DNA of 34,663 bases from Pseudomonadota bacterium (GTDB lineage: Bacteria > Desulfobacterota > Desulfobaccia > Desulfobaccales > 0-14-0-80-60-11), in NCBI GenBank assembly GCA_018897875.1, contig JAHIKF010000156.1, positions 1 through 34,663 of the forward strand, written 5' to 3'. Positions 1 through 8,767 of this stretch are shown one piece after another. Below the pieces are notes generated by a model. It did no database searches and was not told where the DNA came from. It saw only the letters and a list, made by a program, of their open reading frames with translations. A program made the translations under genes and the position numbers. Position 1 is the first letter of the stretch. Every line of letters starts with the position of its first letter.

Positions 1-7
1 CAAGAAT

Positions 8-28
8 GGCGCGTGAGACGCGCCCTAC
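8..28. repeat. REP-like GC hairpin followed by CTAC (GGCGCG-tgaga-CGCGCC-CTAC)
   Basis: Perfect 6-bp stem at 8-13/19-24, then CTAC at 25-28. It lies just downstream of the minus-strand gene ending at 77. The same hairpin plus GTAG/CTAC design recurs elsewhere in the window. Confidence 0.5.
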
Positions 29-76
29 GGATTTTAGTTGCAGCCCCGGGCGGCTCCGGTCCGTTGAATCCCCACC

Positions 77-1453
77 CTACCAGTTGGTCCGCAGGCGGTA
101 TTTTTCGATCTTGTGGCTCAGAGTCTTGCGGTTGATCCTGAGGATGCGGGCGGCTTCCTGGCGCCGGCCCTTGGTGCGGCGCAGGATGAATTGAATGTAG
201 CGCTTTTCCAACTCCTCCAGCGAGTAGTTTTCATCCGAGAAGTCATGGAACTCGCCCTGACGCTGGGAAATGAAGCTCGGCAAATGTTCCGGCTGGATGA
301 CGGCCCCATCTTCCAGGATCACGATGCGCTCAATGGTGTGCTCCAGTTCCCGGACATTGCCCGGCCAGCCATAGTCTATGAACAATTTCAGGGCCTGGCT
401 GGAGATGCCGGTAATTTCCCGGTGGCCTTTCTGATTGTATTGGCGGAGAAAGTGATCCACCAGCAGGGCGATGTCCCCGGTGCGTTCCCTCAGAGGCGGT
501 AAGTGGATGGGAATGACGCTGAGCCGGTAGTAGAGGTCCTCCCGGAAGGCGCCCGCCTTGATGGCTTCCTTCAGGTCGCGGTTGGACGAGGCGATGATGC
601 GGATATCCAGTTTAATGCGTTTCTGGCTCCCCACCTGCATGAACTCCCGCTCCTGGATCACCCGCAGGAGCTTGGCCTGGATATTCAGGCTCAGGTTGCT
701 GATCTCGTCGAAGAAAAAGGTCCCGTGATTGGCCAGTTCGAAGAGCCCGTGTTTCGTCTGCAGGGCCCCGGTGAAAGAACCCTTGACGTGACCGAAAAGC
801 TCGCTTTCCAACAAGGTCTCCACCAGGGCGGAGCAATCCACCGGGACGAATTCCTGTCCGGCTCGCGGGCTGAGCAGGTGGATGGCCCGGGCCCCGAGCT
901 CTTTGCCGGTGCCGGATTCCCCGGTGAGCAGCACGGTGCTGTCGCTGGGCGCGGCCCGCTTGATCTTATCGAACACCCGCCGCATGGCGGGACTCTGGCC
1001 CAGAATAAAATCCAGGCCCAGGCCGCCGGCGGCTTCCGGTTCAGGTGCGACCGGCCGGTTTTTCTGGGCCAGGTGGTCCCGGGCCTTCTGTACCACCGCT
1101 TCCAGTTCCTCGATCCTAAACGGCTTGACCAGGTAGTCCAGGGCCCCGAGCCTGATACACTCTACCGCCCCGGCAATGGTGGGGTAACCGGTAATCATGA
1201 TGACTTCGGTGTCGGGAAAATCCTGACGGATATGTTTCAGCAACTGCATCCCGTCCATGTCCGGCAGCTTGATGTCCAGAAGGACGACGGCAAACGGCTG
1301 ACGGGCCAACTGGGCCAGCGCCTGGGTGGCGCCGGTTGCGGTGGTCACTGCAAGTCCCTGCGTGGTGAGCACCCGGGCGATGCCCTCGCGCAACGCGGCT
1401 TCATCATCCACCACCAGGATCTGCCGGTTTAAATCACTCCTTGGCATCCGCAC
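77..1453 (-). CDS. sigma54-dependent response regulator (NtrC family: receiver + AAA+ sigma54-interaction domain + Fis-type HTH)
   Basis: 458-aa ORF. Receiver motifs [25 protein letters not shown]. Walker [24 protein letters not shown] (GAFTGA-type loop), [10 protein letters not shown]-terminal [26 protein letters not shown]. Overlaps the upstream kinase gene by 20 nt. The start could instead be the Met at 1447. Confidence 0.9.
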   Translation of the reverse strand: MRMPRSDLNRQILVVDDEAALREGIARVLTTQGLAVTTATGATQALAQLARQPFAVVLLDIKLPDMDGMQLLKHIRQDFPDTEVIMITGYPTIAGAVECIRLGALDYLVKPFRIEELEAVVQKARDHLAQKNRPVAPEPEAAGGLGLDFILGQSPAMRRVFDKIKRAAPSDSTVLLTGESGTGKELGARAIHLLSPRAGQEFVPVDCSALVETLLESELFGHVKGSFTGALQTKHGLFELANHGTFFFDEISNLSLNIQAKLLRVIQEREFMQVGSQKRIKLDIRIIASSNRDLKEAIKAGAFREDLYYRLSVIPIHLPPLRERTGDIALLVDHFLRQYNQKGHREITGISSQALKLFIDYGWPGNVRELEHTIERIVILEDGAVIQPEHLPSFISQRQGEFHDFSDENYSLEELEKRYIQFILRRTKGRRQEAARILRINRKTLSHKIEKYRLRTNW

Positions 1454-2936
1454 CCTTTGCCGCGCCCACCGTAGGCAGCTTGACCCGGAAGGTGGTGCCC
1501 GCCCCGACTTCGCTGTCCACGTCCACCGACCCCCGGTGGGCCTCGATGAGCCCTTTGACCAGCGCCAGGCCTAACCCGGTCCCGATCACCTGCCGGGTCT
1601 TGGGGCTCTTGACCCGGTAGAACTTGTCAAAAATTTTGGAGATCTCCTCCGCCTCAATGCCGATGCCCTGGTCCTTCACCTCAACTTCCAGGTAGTCCCC
1701 GCGGGAGATGGCGGTAATCCTGACTTCGCCCCCATCCGGAGAGTAATTGATGGCATTGCTCACCAGGTTGCCGAACACTTCCTCCATGCTGCGGCGGTCG
1801 GCCTGGATGAGAGGCAGTCCGTCGGGCGCCACCAGCTTCAAGGTGACCTGCTGGCTGGCAGCCCTCTCCCGTAAGAGTTCCACCAGTTCGCCCAGAATTT
1901 CCGGCAAATTCAGCGGCACCTGCTCCAGTTGCCCGTAACCCGCTTCCATCTTGGCCACGTCCAACAGGTCGTTGATCAGGTCGAGCAAACCCTGGATCTT
2001 GGCATGGGCCCGGGTGAGCAGCTCCCGCTGCTTGGCGGTCAGATCCCCGGCCAAACCGTCCAGGATCACGGCATGCTGCTGCTTGATGGCGGCCAGGGGG
2101 GACCGGAGTTCGTGGGACACCATGCGCACGAAATCGTTCTTCATTTCATCCAGTTCTTTGAAGTGGGTGACGTCGTGGAATACGGTGACCGTGCCCAGCA
2201 CCTGGCTGTCCGGCCCGGAAAACGGGGCCGACAAGGCCCGCAGGTGAATGCGGTTTTGGCAAAGCTCCTGGGCGATAAACCGCGCCTCGCTCCGGCTGCC
2301 GCCCGCCAGCAGGGACTCGATGGCCACCTGAAAGTCGCGGTCGCCGACATAGGCCTGCACCGATCCGGGGTGAGGCGGCGGCGCCTGGACCCCCAAAAGC
2401 TGCATGAGGGTAGAGTTGCACAACACCACCTCGCCCTCCCGGTTGGTCACCAGCACCCCGTCGGCCATGCAGTTGACGATGGTGTGCATCCGGCTCTGTT
2501 CCATGGCCAGGTTGTAGAGGTTCCGGGCCTGCTCCTCCTGGAGCTGCCGGGTCTGCTGTTCCAGGAGATGCTTTTCCAGGGCCCGTTTGACCACCAAGAT
2601 GAGGTGGTCGATGCTGAAGGGCTTGGTGACGAAGTCATAGGCGCCCTTTTTCATGCACTCCACCGCGTCGGCCACAGTGCCCAGCCCGGTCATGATGATC
2701 ACCGGGATGCCGGGGTAGCGGACGGAGGTCTGCTCCAGGACCTCCAGGGCCCCCATCACCGGCATCTTCAGGTCGCAGAGGACCACGTTGACCAGCTCGG
2801 CGCCCAGTTTGTCCAGGGCCTCTTGGCCGTTGGCGGCCGTGAGCACCCGGTAGCCTTCGGGCTTGAGAACCAGGGTGCAACCATCCCGAAGCACCTTTTC
2901 GTCGTCCACCACCAATACGGTGTATTGGTCCGTCAT
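1434..2936 (-). CDS. hybrid two-component protein: N-terminal receiver + PAS + HisKA + HATPase_c
   Basis: 500-aa ORF. Receiver YTVLVVDDE...VVLCDLKMPVMG...FVTKPF. PAS-like middle region. H-box SHELRSPL, N-box NLVSNAINYS, G-boxes DQGIGI and GTGLGLALV. SD-like AAGGTG lies upstream of the ATG at 2936. Confidence 0.85.
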   Translation of the reverse strand: MTDQYTVLVVDDEKVLRDGCTLVLKPEGYRVLTAANGQEALDKLGAELVNVVLCDLKMPVMGALEVLEQTSVRYPGIPVIIMTGLGTVADAVECMKKGAYDFVTKPFSIDHLILVVKRALEKHLLEQQTRQLQEEQARNLYNLAMEQSRMHTIVNCMADGVLVTNREGEVVLCNSTLMQLLGVQAPPPHPGSVQAYVGDRDFQVAIESLLAGGSRSEARFIAQELCQNRIHLRALSAPFSGPDSQVLGTVTVFHDVTHFKELDEMKNDFVRMVSHELRSPLAAIKQQHAVILDGLAGDLTAKQRELLTRAHAKIQGLLDLINDLLDVAKMEAGYGQLEQVPLNLPEILGELVELLRERAASQQVTLKLVAPDGLPLIQADRRSMEEVFGNLVSNAINYSPDGGEVRITAISRGDYLEVEVKDQGIGIEAEEISKIFDKFYRVKSPKTRQVIGTGLGLALVKGLIEAHRGSVDVDSEVGAGTTFRVKLPTVGAAKGADAKE

Positions 2937-3031
2937 AATTCACCTTTTGATCAGCGGCCAGCTTCAGGAAGACCCTGGGGCTGCGCTATCTTGCTCATGG
3001 CTGATTGCCGACGGCTGACTGTTTGGCAGAC

Positions 3032-5344
3032 CTATTCCCAGTCCATCTGCTCCTGGTTTTCCTGAGCATCCAGGGGCAGTCTAATGGTGAAATCAGTGCC
3101 GCCACCGCGCGGGCTCTCCACCTCGATACTTCCGCCATGCCGTTGAATGACCCCATAGACGATGGATAGGCCCAGGCCGGTGCCTTTACCCGGAGGTTTG
3201 GTGGTAAAAAAGGGGTCAAAAATTTTATCCCGCAGTTCCGGTGGAATCCCACTGCCGGTATCCGCAAAAGTGATGATCACCCCATCTCTCTCAGGGGTAG
3301 CACAGCTGGTGATGGTGATCCTGCCCAGCCGGTTCATAGCGTCGGCGGCATTGAGCAGCAGGTTGGTAAAGACCTGCTGGAGTTCACCCGGATCGCCAAA
3401 AATCTGGGGCAGCTGGTGGTCCAGAGATAGTTTGATCTGGATATTTTGGAAAAGAAGCTGCTGGTCCATAAGCTTCACACACCGCGAGATGATTTCGTTT
3501 ATACTCAGGAGGGTTTTTTGCCCCAAAGACTGCCGGCTGAATTCCAGCAGGCGGGTGACAATTTGTTTACAACGCAGAGTTTGGTTGATGATTTCTTCTA
3601 TGTGGTCACGACCTGCGGCATTCGCCTCCATATGCCGCTGCAATAATTCAGCATAAATGAGGATGCCGGCCAGGGGATTATTGATTTCATGGGCCACCCC
3701 CGCGGCTAACTGCCCCAGGGAGGCAATCTTTTCAGCCTGCAAAAGTTGATTTTGGGTCTCTTCCAGTTTTTTTTGCATCCTTCGATGTTGGCGCAGGTCG
3801 GAAAAGATTCCGACGCTGCCGACTTCTTGCCCCTTGTCCCTGATAATCGCGGCCGAAAACCTCACCGGCACTTCCTCTCCATCTTTATTATAAAAGGTGA
3901 TCTCGGTGGTATTGAGTCGGTCAGGTTGACCGTATTCGCCACTGCGCATCCGGCGCATCATCTCTTTGGCCAATTCGAGCGGATAGAACCGGTGTAATCT
4001 TTTTCTATCGGCGATGACCTCCCCGGCCTGGTAACCCAGGATACGTTCGGCTCCTTCACTAAAAATTAAGGGGCTCCCTTTGGTGTCGATCACCACGATG
4101 CCGTCCACCGAACAACGGATTATATTGCTAAGAAAGATATTGGTTTTTTTAAGTTGTTCATGCATCCTGATGCGTTGGGTGAGGTCACGCAGGTAAATGC
4201 AGGTGAGAATATGTTTGCCGATCTGGGACGCCGCCATGCAGGTCTCGAAGACGCGGTTTTCCTCCGGGTGTATATACGTCCCGTTAAGGGTGGTGCAAAA
4301 TTGTACTTCTTCCTGGCGGTCTTGTTCTCCCATACTTGTCAGTTCCACCGCCATTTTATGATGCTGGGGGGTGAGGATTTCCTCCAGGCTCTTTCCGACC
4401 AGCTCCTCCTTGGACCGTCCGATTATTTCGGCCATCTTTGAGTTGGCAAAGATGATGCGCTGATTCTCATCAGCCATCAGCATGCCTTCTTGGGTCAACT
4501 CGGTGATCAAATCGAGCTTGCGTTCCGCCTCCACTATGGGAGTGATATCCCGAACCGCCTCAAAGCCGCCGATGACCCGGCCCTCGGGGTCGGTGATAAT
4601 GGAGGCGTAGACCGTCACCGGGACTTCCTGGCCGTGCCGGGTCCGCACTACCCGCCGCACCCCGGAGAAGGCCTTTTTCTGGAGCATAACCTGCTTGAGG
4701 ACGCAATCGGCGGTATTGCACTGGACGGTATTCAGCAACTCCCCGCAGGTCATGCGGCCCACCACCTCGCTCCGGGAGTAGCCGCTGAGCTTCTCCATGC
4801 GCTCGTTGAGGTGGGTGACCATTAGAAACGGGTCCACCATGAAGAAGGGTATGGGGAAATTTTCCAGGATGCTGGAGAGGGTCGCCATCTGCTGTGCCAT
4901 CACCGGGTGGGCCAGCAAATCGGCGTGCTCCCGGATGAGGATGAAACAGCCGGCCTTTTGGTTATCGGCGCCCCGGATGGGAGTGGCGCTGAGGGAGAGG
5001 GGGGCGCCCAGGGGCCACCGCGTCTTCAGCAGAACGGGCGCCTGCCGGTAGCTCTCCCCCAGCTGGGGGCACGGCTCGGGCCGGGAGGCGTCCTGGCCGG
5101 TCCCCTCAATAATGGCGGTTTTCGAACAGATGGGACAGGGGCCCCCCGGACGCAGGGACTCCCCAAAGAGTTTCTGTGCGGCGCAATTGAGAAAAACCAC
5201 CTCCCGGTCGCGGTTGGTGACCACCACCGGATCGGGGAACTCCTCCAGGAGCGGACCCAGGAACTCCACCGGCATGGCGGCGGCCCCGGTTAACGCCGGG
5301 GGCGCGTCAGGTCCGCTCGGGGGGGCATCGTGCTCTGATTTCAT
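3032..5344 (-). CDS. cytoplasmic multi-PAS sensor histidine kinase (about four PAS-like modules + HisKA + HATPase_c)
   Basis: The track ORF runs to 5440, but its first 32 codons read through an inverted-repeat element. The Met at 5344 (MKSEHD...) is preceded by GAGAAGGAAC (SD-like). H-box [12 protein letters not shown]-box [11 protein letters not shown]-boxes DTGSGIP and GTGLGLSIV. No hydrophobic TM segment seen. Confidence 0.85.
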   Translation of the reverse strand: MKSEHDAPPSGPDAPPALTGAAAMPVEFLGPLLEEFPDPVVVTNRDREVVFLNCAAQKLFGESLRPGGPCPICSKTAIIEGTGQDASRPEPCPQLGESYRQAPVLLKTRWPLGAPLSLSATPIRGADNQKAGCFILIREHADLLAHPVMAQQMATLSSILENFPIPFFMVDPFLMVTHLNERMEKLSGYSRSEVVGRMTCGELLNTVQCNTADCVLKQVMLQKKAFSGVRRVVRTRHGQEVPVTVYASIITDPEGRVIGGFEAVRDITPIVEAERKLDLITELTQEGMLMADENQRIIFANSKMAEIIGRSKEELVGKSLEEILTPQHHKMAVELTSMGEQDRQEEVQFCTTLNGTYIHPEENRVFETCMAASQIGKHILTCIYLRDLTQRIRMHEQLKKTNIFLSNIIRCSVDGIVVIDTKGSPLIFSEGAERILGYQAGEVIADRKRLHRFYPLELAKEMMRRMRSGEYGQPDRLNTTEITFYNKDGEEVPVRFSAAIIRDKGQEVGSVGIFSDLRQHRRMQKKLEETQNQLLQAEKIASLGQLAAGVAHEINNPLAGILIYAELLQRHMEANAAGRDHIEEIINQTLRCKQIVTRLLEFSRQSLGQKTLLSINEIISRCVKLMDQQLLFQNIQIKLSLDHQLPQIFGDPGELQQVFTNLLLNAADAMNRLGRITITSCATPERDGVIITFADTGSGIPPELRDKIFDPFFTTKPPGKGTGLGLSIVYGVIQRHGGSIEVESPRGGGTDFTIRLPLDAQENQEQMDWE

Positions 5345-5402
5345 GGTCCGTTCCTTCTCGCTGGCATAGAGCGAGAGATAAACTCGTTCCCGAGTTCCTG
5401 CC

Positions 5403-5580
5403 TTGAAAAGTGTCTCCGTAGGGTGCGTCCTACGCACCAACTAATCAGCGGAATTGGCGGGCAGTGCCCGCCCTACATATCTCTTCATCATTAGTGGCAC
5501 AGGCCTCTGGCCTGTGGGAAGCAGAGTATGACAGTGTAGCTATTGGTGCGTAGGACGCACCCTACGAAAGACTTTTCAGA
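5403..5580. repeat. MITE/REPIN-like element, about 180 bp, with terminal inverted repeats enclosing further GC hairpins
   Basis: 5417-5440 (CGTAGGGTGCGTCCTACGCACCAA) is the exact reverse complement of 5544-5567. The match extends outward through TGAAAAGT after a 4-5 nt divergent patch. Internal hairpins at 5457-5476 (GGCGGGCAGTGCCCGCC+CTAC) and 5497-5517 (CACAGGCC-tct-GGCCTGTG). No coding capacity. Confidence 0.5.
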
Positions 5581-5591
5581 AAAAACTCACC

Positions 5592-6647
5592 TCAGCGCTC
5601 GGCTGGCGCCGGAGCGCATTCCACCGGGGCGGCAAAGGTGTTCCCCAGGATTACCTGGGCCGCGGCCAGCTCGTGCTGGCGAATGATCAGCGAGATCGAC
5701 GAGATGGTGCAGCTCAGGGCCAACAGGGAGATGTGGGCCGTCTCCAGGGCCGCAACCAATGTGTGGGCGATGCCGTAGCGGTCGCCGAAATGGGGGCCGT
5801 GGAGAAAAATGCCCGCCACCGGGGTGAGGCGCATGGGCTGGAGATCCGGCAGATGGCTTGTCAAAACCCGCCGCACTTCGTCCCCGTGATCCAACCCGCC
5901 GGGTTGGCGCCGGGCCGTGGAAAACGACAGGATGAATTCTTGGCCTCCGAGCCCCGGCAGGGCCACCAAAAACGGTATGGCCAGGCCCAGTTTGCCCATC
6001 TCCATCAGCGCCGTGGCAAACCCGGCCAGGATGTCGGCGGTGGCAATGCTCATGCCCCAGAGGTCCAGGTCCGATTGCGGGATAATCCAGTACACCTTGT
6101 TGACCTTCTCCTGGTAGGTGGCCACCACTTTCTCCAGGTATTCCTTGGGAGGGGCCTGGGCGGAAAAAAATTCCTCGGGGGAGGCGAAACCCGGAAAGGT
6201 GAAATGCTCGAACAACTGTGCCACGGCGGGCTTGATACGCCGGGACGACAGCACCGCGGAGATGGCGGAGGGGGAGCTGGCCAGGCCGTGGATCACCACC
6301 CGGGCTCGGGCCAGGCTCCTGATGAACGTACCTATGACTTCGGGGCGCTTGTCATGGGGGTAAACGGCCAGGATCGAGGTGCCCGGCTGCAAGGCCAGCC
6401 AGGCGGCGGGGTCGGCCCGGGACTGCAGCAGGGTTAGAGCGGCTTCCCCATTGTGGCTGGCGGTGCACAGCACCTCGCGATCGCCAGACACGTGGGTAAA
6501 AAAGGTCAGGTTGAGGCGCTGTTGGGCCAGCGGCGCACACACCGAAGGCCCCAAGCGGTTATCTTCCAACGGGGAGGAAGACTCCACGCAGGCGCCCTCC
6601 TCCAGGACTTTAAGGCCACCTATCCTGATCCGTTCGAATTTTTTCAA
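5592..6647 (-). CDS. hypothetical protein built from ACT-like repeats (aspartokinase C-terminal-like regulatory fold)
   Basis: 351-aa ORF starting at TTG. The C-terminal segment GPHFGDRYGIAHTLVAALETAHISLLALSCTISSISLIIRQHELAAAQVILGNTF follows the ACT pattern of aspartokinase regulatory domains, and 2-3 weaker upstream repeats resemble it. Function is not assignable from sequence alone. Confidence 0.55.
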   Translation of the reverse strand: MKKFERIRIGGLKVLEEGACVESSSPLEDNRLGPSVCAPLAQQRLNLTFFTHVSGDREVLCTASHNGEAALTLLQSRADPAAWLALQPGTSILAVYPHDKRPEVIGTFIRSLARARVVIHGLASSPSAISAVLSSRRIKPAVAQLFEHFTFPGFASPEEFFSAQAPPKEYLEKVVATYQEKVNKVYWIIPQSDLDLWGMSIATADILAGFATALMEMGKLGLAIPFLVALPGLGGQEFILSFSTARRQPGGLDHGDEVRRVLTSHLPDLQPMRLTPVAGIFLHGPHFGDRYGIAHTLVAALETAHISLLALSCTISSISLIIRQHELAAAQVILGNTFAAPVECAPAPAER

Positions 6648-6672
6648 AGTTCGTCGGAGTCATGCCTGATGG

Positions 6673-7053
6673 TTAAAGTAATCTTTCGACCGCTTCCACC
6701 AGGGTGGCCGCATCCACGGGTTTGGGAATAAAATCTTCGGCTTCCACGCTCATCCCATCGGCATGGCTATAGCTGGTGGTAGGCACAGCCTCGCCCACCG
6801 CGGTGAGCAAAATGACCGGTATTTCCTTGGTCCACTTGTTGGATTTCAATTCCTTGCACAGCTCGTAGCCATTCTTTCTAGGCATCATCACGTCCAGAAT
6901 CAATACGTCCGGACGGCGTTTTTTAATGGCTTCCTCCCCTTCGATCCCGTCGTAAGCCTTCCCCACCTCAAAGCCCTTGGACTCCAGCATCATGGATACG
7001 GTTTCCACCAGATCCGGATCGTCGTCGACGATCAGTATGTACTTTGCAGACAT
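6673..7053 (-). CDS. single-domain CheY-like response regulator receiver
   Basis: 126-aa ORF with the canonical residues: ILIVDDDP (acidic pair), VLILDVMMP (phospho-Asp), VILLTAV (Thr), FIPKPV (Lys). SD-like GGGGAGG lies upstream of the ATG. Confidence 0.9.
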   Translation of the reverse strand: MSAKYILIVDDDPDLVETVSMMLESKGFEVGKAYDGIEGEEAIKKRRPDVLILDVMMPRKNGYELCKELKSNKWTKEIPVILLTAVGEAVPTTSYSHADGMSVEAEDFIPKPVDAATLVEAVERLL

Positions 7054-7166
7054 GAGACCTCCCCTTTCAAGATGATCGTACTGCCATTATGAACGCAAAC
7101 TGGATAAATTACAAGGCTCATGAGGCCTCTAACGGATTTGGCGAAATTTTATGGCTCTCCCCGGGC

Positions 7167-8102
7167 TTAGGCCAACTGGGGTCTGGGAAAGAGGCCGCCC
7201 CGTTCCACGATTTCCCCGACTTTTTCTTCCCACTCGATGGCCATGATGTGGAAGCCCCGCACGCCTTCCACCTCTTTCAGTTCCTGGATCTGCTCCACCG
7301 CCAGGGTGAGGCCTTCTTCGGCCTGCTTTTCCTTGGGGACGCCGCCGATGCGCCTGATGATGTCGTCGGGAACATCTATGCCCGGGACCCGTTTCTGCAT
7401 GTACTTGGCCATGCCGACGTTTTTCATGGGGGTGATCCCGGCCAGGATGGCCACTTTTTCATGCAAACCCCGGTCCACCATCAGTTTCATGAACTCTTTG
7501 AACGTGTCCATGTTGTAGATGCACTGGGTCTGGATAAACTGCACCCCGGCCGCCACTTTCTTGGCCAGCCGGGACACCCGCATGGCCACGTTGGGCCCGG
7601 CGAAGGGGTTGGCCGCGGCGCCGATGTACATCTGGGGGCGCACCGCAAATTCGTGGCCGCCCAACAGCTTGCCCTCATCCCGCATCATCTTCACGGTCTG
7701 GATGAGCTGGATGGAATCCAGGTCAAAGACGTTGGCGCACTTGGGGTGGTCCCCGAAGTGCTGGTGGTCCCCGGTGAGGCAGAGTATGTTGTTGATGCCG
7801 AAGGAGGCCGCCCCCAGAATATCGCTCTGGAGGGCGATGCGGTTTCGGTCCCTGGTCACCATCTGGAGACAGGCCTCCAGCCCCATGAGCTTGAGGCGGA
7901 TGCAGCAGGCCAGGCTACAGACCCGGCACACCGACGTCTGGTTGTCCGTCACGTTGATGGCATCGACGTAATCCTTGATCAGGTTGCCCTTGTGCTCGAT
8001 CACGGCGCCATCGGCGCTCCGGGGCGGACCCACCTCGGAAGTGACCGCAAAGTTGCCCGAGTCGATCATCTTCTGCAGTTTGCTGGGAGTAGTCACACTC
8101 AT
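7167..8102 (-). CDS. metF: methylenetetrahydrofolate reductase, acetogen/Wood-Ljungdahl type
   Basis: 311-aa ORF. MTHFR-family motifs FAVTSEVGPP, INVTDNQ, ILCLTGDHQ, VQFIQTQCIY. The start overlaps the metV stop (ATGA-type coupling at 8099-8102). Confidence 0.9.
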   Translation of the reverse strand: MSVTTPSKLQKMIDSGNFAVTSEVGPPRSADGAVIEHKGNLIKDYVDAINVTDNQTSVCRVCSLACCIRLKLMGLEACLQMVTRDRNRIALQSDILGAASFGINNILCLTGDHQHFGDHPKCANVFDLDSIQLIQTVKMMRDEGKLLGGHEFAVRPQMYIGAAANPFAGPNVAMRVSRLAKKVAAGVQFIQTQCIYNMDTFKEFMKLMVDRGLHEKVAILAGITPMKNVGMAKYMQKRVPGIDVPDDIIRRIGGVPKEKQAEEGLTLAVEQIQELKEVEGVRGFHIMAIEWEEKVGEIVERGGLFPRPQLA

Positions 8103-8767
8103 ATCCGTAAATCCTCTCTGACGATGGTGCGCGGCCCGCCGTCCCGGGAAGTGCTCCAGTCTTTGGGATCCACGGGTTTTTCAAAGCGGTCCAGTTGCCC
8201 CAGGGTTTTCAGCCGTTCATAGATCAGCTCCCAGCCGCAGGGGATATCTTTGTTGATTTCGCACTTGCCCGCATCAGAGCCGCCGCAGGGGCCGTTGAGC
8301 ATGCGCTTGGAACAGCGGGCGATGGGGCAGATGCCGCCGGTCTCGGCCAGGATGCAGCGGCCGCACGCCTGACAGCGCTCGACATAGAGCCCCCGCTCCT
8401 CGTTGACCCCCAAAAAGCAGGTGTCCACCCCGGGGTAGATGATTTTGTTGTTATACATCTCCGCCATGTACTGGACCCCGCAGCCGCAGGCCAGGGAGAC
8501 CACGGCGTCATAGATGTCCATCTTGTCGGAGAGTTGCGCCAGATATTCCTTTTCGCACTGCCGAGTCAGGCTGGTTTCGTCAATCTGGGCCTGCTTGCCG
8601 GCCTGGGTGAAGTAGAGCCTGAGAGCCGAAGCCAGCACCTTGGCTTCTTTCATGCCGCCGGCTTCGCACACGGTAACGCAACCGTCGCAACCGACAATCA
8701 GCACTTTGGTGAAGTCTTTGACCTGGCCGAGGACTTCTTCCAACGGTTTGGGCACTGCCTTTATCAT
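8099..8767 (-). CDS. metV: MetV: Cys-rich MTHFR C-terminal-domain-like partner subunit of MetF
   Basis: 222-aa ORF with the hallmark ICPIARCSKRMLNGPCGG motif plus further Cys clusters (GCDGCVTVCE, CQACGRC). The start overlaps the mvhD stop (ATGA at 8764-8767). Confidence 0.85.
   Translation of the reverse strand: MIKAVPKPLEEVLGQVKDFTKVLIVGCDGCVTVCEAGGMKEAKVLASALRLYFTQAGKQAQIDETSLTRQCEKEYLAQLSDKMDIYDAVVSLACGCGVQYMAEMYNNKIIYPGVDTCFLGVNEERGLYVERCQACGRCILAETGGICPIARCSKRMLNGPCGGSDAGKCEINKDIPCGWELIYERLKTLGQLDRFEKPVDPKDWSTSRDGGPRTIVREDLRI

Noticed and set aside
5345-5440. 32-codon N-terminal extension of the PAS kinase ORF (MVRRTHPTETLFKAGTRERVYLSLYASEKERT)
   Set aside because: It reads through the left arm of the inverted-repeat element and has no RBS. 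The internal Met at 5344 has a good SD.
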